This document shows positions 54,290 to 64,000 of a DNA stretch of 64,000 nt, one piece after another. How positions within the stretch are numbered: position 1 is the stretch's first letter; the number at the start of each line of letters is the position of its first letter. The notes under the pieces were generated by a model. It ran no database searches, was not told the DNA's origin, and saw only the letters and a list, made by a program, of their open reading frames with translations. A program made the position numbers and the translations under genes. The stretch is from Camelus ferus (lineage: Eukaryota): positions 82,524,001 through 82,588,000 of the forward strand of contig NC_045697.1 in assembly GCF_009834535.1 (NCBI RefSeq). Reading direction: 5' to 3'.

Positions 54290-55200
54290 CAGCATGGCAT
54301 CCTCTTAGAGAAGAAAGTTTTTCAAGAAGGAAGAAGTAATCGACTATGTTTATGCTGCTAAGATGTTAGTTCAGATGTTTGCTTGATGTGGAGATCACTG
54401 GGTACTTGGGAAATTGAAATTCAAAGTGCAAGCGAAGCCTTGTATAGGACAGAGGCATTTAATCCAGTGTAACAGAAGGGGAGGCAAAGAATAAATGTAT
54501 AGATGGAGGTGGGCTAATGATTTTTGTAATAAGATCATTAGGTAGTTTTCTCCTGATTATTTGTATTTTCTTGTGGAATGAGAAGCAAGATCATCTGTTT
54601 AGAATGAGAAGTGGGGAGAGGGTTTGGGGGATGTGGGAAGAGTGGTAAAATTGTGTCATAGCTCTACAGCAGTAGGAAAGCAAGTAGACCGGAGAAATGC
54701 ATGAGGCAATGCTCAAGGCCAATTTGAGATGCAACTTTCTAAACTGAAAGTAACATGCAGTTAGTAAGGTTCTACATTTCTCTCCAGCCACCTTCACAGA
54801 ATGGCTGAAGCCACAGAAGGGGGATGAGTGAGGAGTGATTGGTTTTTCTGTTTGTTTTTAACTCTTTGCAGTAAAGTAAGAAGGCAAGAGACTGCAAGAA
54901 GGTTGATTCCAGTAACTGTGGAATCTAAGTTAGGTAAAATGGGAAAGGAAGATAAAGAGCAGAGTGAAAATTGGATTGAAAATCTGTTGGGTTCATGGAC
55001 TTTGGGATTAAGAATGCTAGAACTGGAAAGCTAGTGATACTAACAGAAAAGAGGCCTGAAATCAACAATGTGAAGGTGACGTGGTTATTGCTGCTGACAA
55101 TGTCTTGGACATGACTACAGTAGTTATGGATGGGGTGGGTTAGAAGAAATGACCACTGGGGAGTTGAAACTCAGGAACCGAGAGCCCAGGGTTTGGGGCT
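54290..55200 (-). mobile_element. L2 LINE remnant
   Basis: Purine-rich antisense L2-like text 'gaagaaagttttt caagaagg...tgctgctaagatg...gtggagatcactgg' and 'gaatgagaagcaagatcatctg'. Confidence 0.55.
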
Positions 55201-56284
55201 GAGTGTGTTTGTATTTGCCTATTTGTGACATTTAATTTGGATTTACATGATCAAATGTTTAAGATTGTGGTTTTTCAACTAAATTTATCATTAAAGGTAA
55301 CAAGAGTAAACAGTTTATAGTTGTCAATGCTCCTGGGGAGTTAATTTTTGAATGACTCCTTTGGTTAACATTTATTTCAATGTAAATATGTTTTAGTTGA
55401 CATGTTTTGGATCATTTTTTGTTGTTGAAAATTTAACCAATTGAAAGTTGACAAATGACTTGTTAGTGTATGGGCATTTCTGAATTTTCCAGTATTGCTA
55501 AGTTTCTTATTTCCTGTGTAAATGTGAAAGCTGGATTCTTTTTTTGTAAAACTTAAAGCAGAAAAATTTGAGTTCTTGATGAATAATTAACATTTGTCAC
55601 ACATGCTGGCAGGTGTCCTCCTGACACACAATCTTAAAGGCTTTATCCTCCTCTGTCTTTTAGCATGTGGTCTATATTGTAACCAATACTTGATGGTCCA
55701 TATGTAAGAAGTTTATGGTTGATGATCCTCACAGATGTCTACAAAAATCTCTTGATTTCTCAAGGCTATTTTTTTGAGCCGTAATTGATGAATAAATAAA
55801 TAATTAAATGAAGAAATTTAACTCTTACTAGAATTAAAAAGTTTGGAAAAAATACATAGTATGCTCTGTTAGTATCTTCTTTTAAGCACTTTTAAAATAT
55901 TTAGTCTGTCTACTAGGCAAACCTCTTATTTTGATGTAAGATTGAGAAATTTCATTTAGAATTTACATTGAGTTTTGGGAAGAACAATTGAATACATGAG
56001 AAGCACTGATCTGAAAAATTCAGAAGCAAGACACACTTTCCTTTATATTATTTTGGTAATTACTCCTTTAAAATGCTAATCAATTTTTTTCAATTTAGAA
56101 ATGCTTTACTTAAAATTTGTGTATGATTCAGAAATCAATAAAAGGTTAAAAATGGACAATGAAATGTAAGTACAGTACAGCTCAGAAATGTATCAGTTTC
56201 TTAAGACTTTTAACACATCTCCAATAGTAATTCCAGTACTAATTTTGAAGTAATATTTTGATTAAAATTGTTTAGAAAAATAAC

Positions 56285-56385
56285 ATTATTTCAGTTACTG
56301 AGCTTATATATGCTTCAGGCAGCATGCCAGCATTGAGAGATATAAGATGTTACATAAAGAATTACTCTCAAGGAGTTCAAGCATG
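56285..56385 (-). mobile_element. L2 3'-end fragment
   Basis: 'ttactgagcttatatatgcttcaggcagcatgccagcattgagagatataagatg...ctctcaaggagttca'. Confidence 0.55.
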
Positions 56386-57587
56386 TTAGACTCCTATGGT
56401 TCTTACTCTATAAATCTGGGGTGACAGTACTGGGGACTCTTTAATGGTAATACTAGTTTTTCTCTGGAACTCATGATGATTGCTGGAATTCAGTGCATGT
56501 GTAACTTTCAGGATGTGGCTCTAGGTGGCTTGTTCTCTCAGGAAAATGAGATCCTTATGATGAAGCCAGAATATTTATTGAAAGCTTTCACAAGAAATGC
56601 CAGACAATAGTAAAGTTTATACTGTTAAGAGATTCAATGATAGCAAAGCCCAGCCAATGGCAGAATAGGATGGATCTGAGGGTGGGAGATAATGACATTT
56701 TAAAGTGATATATTAAATCACAGCTGTGATTGAGCTCAGGATCCTGGAGATGAACACCAGAAGTGAGCAGTGAGATCCAATGACACAGACTCTCCACACA
56801 GAGCTCAGAACACATGAGCACCTCGTATAACCAAGGTCAGGGTTGCACTTGAAGGACGTTGCCTGAACAGCCTCCATCTCCCTTTTCTCAGACCTGTCTC
56901 CTCATTCCATCTCTAGTATATCAAACGGCCTGAGTATCTCTAAGTTCAGTATCATCCTTCTTAGGGCGACTGTCTCTAGCAGAGTAGTCACAGCTCCTTT
57001 TAAAACACCCTACAAAGACTGATTGGTCCAGGAGTTGTACCCTGTGTCAGGTGAAGACAGGTTACTCTGGGAAAGCTGGGACTGAATTGAATTAGTGTAT
57101 ATGTATACAGAGGCTTCAGCTATAATATGTAAACCTTGGGTTTTTAATGGAGCAGTTGGACTAAAGAAAATGAAGAAGCTTTGTAAAGAGAGAAGCATGA
57201 AGTGGGAATGCACAAGAAATATCACATGAAAAAGAGTTTTGTGGTCTCCGTTCAGTTTTTCCCCAAGAGTTTGGCCATATTTCATTGATCGAGTATCCCT
57301 ATATCTGTAAGCCAGTTATAGTGATTGTCCCTTCCATCCACAACAAAAGAATCCTAAATAAAAGAAAATTGATAAGCCTAAAAGAGTAGCATAGATAGAC
57401 TTTTATAAATATTTGTTGAAATGAAAAAAATTCCTAGGATTTGAGGCAACTGGAAGTCATAATGGTTGGACCTATAAAAAAACTTCTATATAATTTAATC
57501 CAATATTTTATTTGAGGATTGTAGAAAAATACTGTTTGGCCTAATATCAATCTCATCTGATCTTCAGAGAATGTCACTTATTAAAAC

Positions 57588-57684
57588 AAATAAAAGAAAT
57601 TGCTTTTAAAACATAAATAGAACATAATAAACATAATAAAATATAAATAAAAGAAACTGCTTTTAAAACATAGAAGAAACTGCT
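57588..57684. repeat. 28-bp direct repeat pair around an A-rich spacer, plus a partial third copy
   Basis: aaataaaagaaa(t/c)tgcttttaaaacata at 57588-57615 and 57645-57672; aagaaactgct at 57674-57684. Confidence 0.9.
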
Positions 57685-58151
57685 AATACAGAGAAGACAG
57701 ACATGGTGACTACTCCCATTAGCATAGCGGGACATCTGCCAGGCTTCCTGGGAACAGTTCACACCAGCTAAGAGAATAAACTTTACTTCACAAAAGGTTA
57801 AAAAAGTGGAAGATTTTTAATCTATTAAAAATAAAAAATATAAAATTATAAAAAAATTTTTAAAATTAAAAATGAAATAAAAATGGAAATAGATTTGTTT
57901 TTTTATAGACCTGACTCTCAAACTTTACCTCTGATACCAGACATTGCAGAAAAGACAGCCACAACCTTCCCTGTGAAATGCTCATGGCAGCAACTGATCT
58001 GGACTTGGAATTGTAAGTGCCTCTGATGGCATCACAAAGGGATGGAGGGCAACCTGATGCCCTCGCACAGGGGATCTTTGTGCATAAATACAATTTACCT
58101 TGGATTTGGCCAGGAGGCTTTCAAATAAGTATGTACCTGTCTGTCATAAAA

Positions 58152-58548
58152 TGTGTGGTAGGCAATGAATTCTGTCCTCCCCAAATTCCTATGTTGAAGT
58201 CTTACCCCACAATGTTGTTATATTTGGAGATAGGACTTTTAAGGTGCTAATTAAGGTTAAATGAAGTAATAAGGATATGGCTGGTGTCCTTATAAGAGGA
58301 GGAAAGAACATAAGGAGGGGTCTCTCTCTCTCTCTCTCTATACACACACACAGAGGAAAGTCCAGGTAAAGACACATAGCAAGAAGGCTGCTGTCTGCAA
58401 GCCAGGAAGAGAGACCTCACCAAACACCAACACTGAGGTCACCTTGATCTTGGGCCTCTAGCCTCCAGGATAGTGAGAAAATAAATTTCCACTGTTAGCA
58501 CCACCCATTCTAAGGCATTTTGTTATGGCAGCTGAGGAGGATAAATCA
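58152..58548 (+). mobile_element. MLT1A/B-like MaLR solo LTR
   Basis: 'ccaaattcctatgttgaagtcttacccc...tatttggagataggacttttaagg...ggctggtgtccttataagaggag...ctgcaagccaggaagagagacctcacc...ttttgttatggcagc'. Confidence 0.88.
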
Positions 58549-59152
58549 ACGGGTTTCCTAAATTTAAGGTAAGTATATCATCCAAGGGAAGGTTGGAAGC
58601 ACTAAGAAACAGGACAATGTTCATCAGCAGGAAATAAACTTTGACAAACAATTGCTTAATTATTTGACAAAAAAAAAAAAGATTAGTCTTGATTTCCATG
58701 TTTGCTGTCTATTGGGTACACAATTTCCCAGTGCACAAAAATAAGCTATACATGAAACATGACTACATAGTTCAGTTTAACTGATGTTAAGTAAAAACTA
58801 AATCAAATAAAGGTTTTCCCCATCCACATTTGTTGTTGTTACTTTTCCTTCATGATGGCTTTTGAGTTCTGTGGGGTGGCTTATACAGTGTCTTGGCATT
58901 TGATTGGGGGGAAATCAGTTATTTCATCTTGGAGGGTTTCTGGTTACACTGTTAGTTGCTGAAGTGACCACTGTCCTATCTGAGAGTGGCCATACAATCT
59001 AAGTTGATTTTAACACAGCTACCCTTCTGTCAAAATCATAAGACTGCCTTTAGATAGGCCCACTGGCATTATTTAGGTCATGTCCAGCCATAAAGGATAT
59101 CACCTCCTGTTACGCTGCCACTGTTCTGTTTGCCCCACTTGCAGTGGGATAA

Positions 59153-59250
59153 GACTTCTCAAAGCTTATGTGTACACACATTAGCCAGGGACACTGATAA
59201 AAATCAAGATTATAGTTTACTATACCTGGGATGGGGATCATTGCAGTAGC
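59153..59250. mobile_element. Possible MER5-type hAT fragment
   Basis: 'cttctcaaagcttatgtgtacacacattagccagggacactgataaaaatcaagatt...ctgggatgggg'. Confidence 0.4.
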
Positions 59251-59449
59251 AGCCTAGAATCTACTGAAGAATCCCTTTAAAAGAAAAGACATATACTATG
59301 ATCATTAATAAAAGCCCACATAGGCCAAAAATAAGGTGGTAAGATTCCACATCCTTGATTATATAAATCAAGCATCAGTCCTCTGGTACTCTGTTTTGAT
59401 TTAAAGTATCTGAATTTAACTGGGGAGCAAATATCACACTATAATTTTT

Positions 59450-60190
59450 AAAATAATTAAAATACATGTACACTTACCATATGATTTAGCAATAACGTGC
59501 CTTGGTATTAAACCAGAGGAGTTGAAAACTGTCTGTGCAAAAGCCTATACATGATGTTTATAGCAGCTTTATTCCTAACTGGCAAAACTTGGAAACTAAG
59601 ACATCCGCTCAGCAAGTGAATGGATAAACAAACTGTGGTACCTCCAGACAACAGAATACCATTCAGTGATAAAAGGCAATGAGCCATCAAGTCATGAAGA
59701 GACATGGAGGAAACTTAAATTCACATGACTAAGTGAAATCAGGAAATTTGAAAAGGCTACTTGCTGTATCATACCAATTATGACATTCTGGAAAAGGTAA
59801 AAACTACACAGACAACAAAAAGATGAGTGGTTCCCAGGGGTGGGGTGGGAGAGATGAACAGGCAGAGCACAGAAGATTTTTAGGGAAGTGAAAATATTCT
59901 GTGAGATACTATAATGAATGGTATACATCACACATTTGTCCAAACACAGAATTTACAAAACCAAGAGTGAACCATAATGTAAACTATGGACTTTGGGTGA
60001 CAATATACCAATGTAGGTCCTTCCTTGGTAAAAATGTACCATTCTGTTGAGTGATACTGATAACAGGCTTGGGGGGGGAGGGCGGGGGGGGGGTAATGCA
60101 TATATGGAAAAAGGGGGCATATGGAAAACCTCTATACCTTCTCAATTTTGCTGTAAACCTAAAACTGCTCTAAAAACATTAGTCTTAAAA
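59450..60190 (+). mobile_element. L1MC1/2-like 3' end
   Basis: 'ttaccatatgatttagcaat...gagccatcaagtcatgaagagacatggaggaaacttaaat...ctcaattttgctgtaaacctaaaactgctctaaaaa'. Confidence 0.9.
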
Positions 60191-61371
60191 ATTAGTTTAT
60201 TTTAGAAGTCAGTGATAAGTGTTGGCATGAAGTTTATTCCTGTTCTCCTTTTAATATCATTACTTCTTATGGTATTTCCTGATCCTTCACAATCGTCTGT
60301 GACCTTTTAAGCTCATTGTCAAGTCCTGGGATGCTGGCAATATAAGCAACACAGCATCTGGCATGTTTTCTCCCTTTTCAACTTATCCTCTCAATCTTTC
60401 CCCATGAACTTTTAAGTCCATTTGCACAGTGCAATTGCATTTCCTGAAATAAAATTATCCAAATGGCTTTGATACAGTGGGCAGCATAATAACATATTAA
60501 ATCAGTTGTCATAAATTTCATCAAAGGTGTCTTATATCTGCCAATTTAAGCTAAACCAGAGTAATCGTTTTTAAATAAAAATTTTTCCAAAATTTATTAG
60601 GACTTACAACTGAAACTTTAATGGATATTCAAATCAGTAATATTAAAGATATGAAAACTAAAATAAAAGGCTTATGGTATTTTTTTTTCCTAGCCTGACC
60701 CTCAGTTGACCCCTTCTCTAAAGGTTGCCTGAGGCAGAAGATGAGGAGGCAGGAGATGAGGAGGGCCAGGCTGGCTGCCTCAGAGTCCCCACTGCCAGGC
60801 ACTCACCCAAGTGGAGAACTGACCTCCATAAACAGACCACCCCTTTGGTCGATGGATTCACTTACTGATCCAACAAGGTCAACCTTGGAGGCATCCAGAA
60901 TCCCTTCTCTGTGTGGTTTCCTACCCTCCTCACCTCTCCCATAGTTGCTTCCATCTCCTTCTGACCTCTCTCCTGCCTGGGCCCGGTATTTGTTTTTAAA
61001 TGTGCATAATATATACCATTTAGGACCAATTGTTTTGTTATTGGTCATTCTTCTGATAAAATTAGAGGCACAGATATGATCAACTGGTAATGTATTAAGA
61101 GAACAATAGAAAAGAACACAAAGAGAAATCACTACTTCTTTTGACCATGTACCTGAACAACAAAATCCAGTGACCTCATTTATGAAGAGTAAACATATAT
61201 AGATTTTATAGTGGTCAAATCTTTTCCATGATGTTTTAAAAATAAAATACTTTAAATATCAAGGTATTTTTTTGTTGCTATTATTTCGAGCCTTTACAAA
61301 AGTTGTATCTACCAAGATTCTCTTAAATATTTAAGTTTTATATAAAAGTAGGTTCTTTAGTTTTTTTAGTT

Positions 61372-61375
<4 letters not shown>

Positions 61376-61413
<38 letters not shown>
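61376..61413. repeat. (TA)19 microsatellite
   Basis: Read directly. Confidence 0.95.
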
Positions 61414-61419
<6 letters not shown>

Positions 61420-61569
61420 AAAAAATTTATAGTAGATAAGATAAATATGAAGCCTCTGTCAAACTGTAATTATACCACAGGACCCTACATTCTGAGACAG
61501 TAACTGGTAAAGTTACACATGGCCACCACATTGTGTCCCTGTCTTTCTGAATATTAGAGCATATATCAG

Positions 61570-64000
61570 GATAGTTCCAGTTTCCAATTTTGCATGTAAG
61601 GAGCTTGGAAGTTGCTACTCCATCTTAACAAATGAAAAGCTGAACAAACTAAAAACAAAAACAAAAACAAAAAACAAAACAAAAAAACTCTTCTAAGATC
61701 CATTTGAGAGGAAACATCACAGAACAAACTACTGCCCCCATGACTGGAGAGACAGACAGACAAAACTCACCACAGCTGAGACTCAGGGGAGGAAGCCACC
61801 TCCAGAACCAGTGCCAGGAAGGAAATCTGAACTGTGATTGAGAAACTGCTAGAAGCTCAATGTAGACAATTCTGAGAGCTAAAACTTCAGGGGGACCCAG
61901 TCATAGGGAAATCCCAGCTGTGTTTTAAGATTTACTTTCAGGAACTTAACCAGATTCCCACAGTAAATATCAGAGAAATATTCCTTCTGACTTTTGGCAG
62001 AGGAGAGGTAGCAGGAACCATTTTGAAATACACCAGAGCACTCTGTTCTTCTAAACAAAGTCTGCGCTCAGGGGAAACTAACCACAACCTAACCTGCTAG
62101 GATATTAGCAGAGCCTCACTGACCTGGGAAAGGGAATTGTCCAACTCCAGTCCACTCTAGCCATCCTGTCCCACTCAAGGAGGATGGAAAAAATTGGAAC
62201 TTCACAAGTGTTTCTCACAGACCAGAGGCATGGGCTGATTAAAAGCCTGAGACCTAATCACAGGACTATAGATGATTCTCTTACCCCAGCACTTCATCAC
62301 CACATCACTAAAGACCTATTTACAGCAGTTGCTTTAACCTGGTAAGTGGCATCCAGTTATCAAGAAAACATTTCAAAAGGCAAAAACAAAATTTGAAGAG
62401 AGAGCAAGCATCGAAGCCAGATACGGCAGGAAAGTTGGGATTATTAGACCAGGAATTTAAAACAACTATGATTAACATGCTCTATGAGTAAAGGGCTCTA
62501 ATGGATAAGGCTGACAGCGTGTAAGAACAGAAGCGCAATGTAAGCAGATAAATCAAAATTCCAAGAAAGAATGAAAATATGTTACAAATAAACACTAACA
62601 ATGAAAAATGACTTTGATGGGTTTAACAGTACACTTGGACATGGCTGAGGAAAGAATTCCTGAGCCTTAAGATGTGTTAATAGAAATCTTCAATAATGAA
62701 AAGCAAAGAGAATAGCAATTGGGAAAAACACCTTCAATAGAATTTCAAATGGGACAACTATAAAAGGCATAGCATTCATACAATGGGAATAACAGAAGAA
62801 GAAACAAAAGAAATATTTGAAACTGAGAATTTCCCCAATTTAATGTCAGACACCAAACCACAGGTGAAGGAGGATCAGAAACAAACAAGAAGAAAATGCC
62901 AAAGAAGTGATAATTAGGCAAATCATTTTCTCACTATAGAAAATCAAAGATGAACAAAAAATCCTAGAAAAACCCCAGGGGAAGAAATACATTCAGTATT
63001 TTGTAATAACCTTTAATGAAAAAGAAAAAAATGAATATATGTAAACATATGCATGGCTGGGACATTATGCTATACACCAGAAATTGACACATAACTGACC
63101 ATACTTCAATTTAAAAACAAAGAGGAATAAAACACCTCTATACTCTGTAAGGATACAGAAGAACGAAGATAAGAATTATCTCTGACTTCTCTTCAGAAAC
63201 CATGCAATCAAGAGAGTGTAGTCAATTATTTAAAATGGTCAAAGAAAGACTAACAACGTAGAATACTGTACCGTGTGAAATTACCCTTCAAAAGAGAAAA
63301 GAGTAAAAAAAGCTCTTCAAACAATTTGAGGAAATTTGTTGCCAGTTGATCTGTCATGCAAGAAATATTAAAAGCAATTATTTAAAGAGAAGAAAAATAC
63401 AGGTCAGAAATTTGATCTGCATAAAGAAGTGAAGAGCACTGAACATGAAATAAATGAATGTAACAAATTTTTCTTATTCTTAGTTGATCTAACATGAGTT
63501 GGTTCAAAATAATAGCAACATCTATTTGTTTAGGCATATTTAGGTGCATCATATACATTCTTATGTGTGCTTATATAAATGAAATGAATGACAGCAGTGA
63601 CCAAAGGGATGGAAAAGAGGAGTTAGAATTATTTGGTTAGTATAACATACTCACTGTACCCTTCAAGTAGTAAGCTGAAATTTGAAAGTGAAGTTAGATT
63701 AGTTGGCAAAGTATATTGCAAACTGGAAGGCAACCACTAAATTTAAAAAAAAAGCATAACTGATATGCTAGAGACAATGCAATTATAAAATACTCAACTG
63801 AAACCACAAAAGGCAGAAAGAGTTGAAGACAAAAATAGGAACAAAGAACAGAGGCAACAAGTAGAATACAGTGATGAGCATGGTAGATACTAACCTATCT
63901 GTATCAGTAATCACTTTCAGCACCATTGGTCTGAATACATCAACTAATAGGCAAAGATTGTGAGAGTGGATCAAAAATGTGAGTCAACTATAAGTTGTTT
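61570..64000 (+). mobile_element. Old L1MC/L1M4-like LINE-1 5' portion (5' UTR, decayed ORF1, spacer, ORF2 start ~63880), running off the window
   Basis: 5' end 'catgtaaggagcttggaagttgctactccatc'; ORF1-like 'actgagaatttccccaatttaatgtcagacaccaaaccacag'; ORF2 start translates MVDTNLSVSVITFSTIGLNTSTNRQRL*EWIK (EN N-terminus). Confidence 0.85.
62989..63120 (+). mobile_element. Short young L1 3' end nested in the old L1 ORF1
   Basis: 'attcagtattttgtaataacc...cattatgctatacaccagaaattgacacataactgaccatacttcaatttaaaaa'. Confidence 0.85.

Noticed and set aside
56520..57300. Possible LTR16/MLT1K and L2 fragments
   Set aside because: Too diverged to delimit or name by eye
1..64000. CRISPR arrays, operons, prokaryotic or viral defence-type systems
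   Set aside because: Mammalian repeat-rich DNA with no repeat-spacer array and no gene-dense segment

Overview
AT-rich, CpG-poor mammalian genomic DNA, most likely from a camelid: it has a tRNA-Ala-derived Vic-1-type SINE and cetartiodactyl-type L1 3' ends, and I saw no Alu, Bov-A/BovB or PRE-1. No protein-coding gene can be recognised, and the supplied ORFs are decayed LINE-1 pieces or chance frames. About half the window is transposable-element debris: many LINE-1 fragments of several ages (strongly biased to the + strand, one with a twin-priming 5' inversion, several nested), MaLR LTRs, MER20, MER82, MER58, MIR, L2 and microsatellites. The most unusual unexplained structure is a ~180-bp-arm inverted repeat (46439-47271, ~86% arm identity, 471-bp loop) in apparently non-repeat DNA. 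The L1 strand bias and a few minus-strand mini-exon-like splice-site pairs weakly hint that the window is intronic in a minus-strand gene. I found no sequence support for a novel multi-gene system. Repeat subfamily names come from recalled consensus sequences and need RepeatMasker/Dfam confirmation. Most boundaries are approximate unless a target-site duplication (TSD) fixes them.
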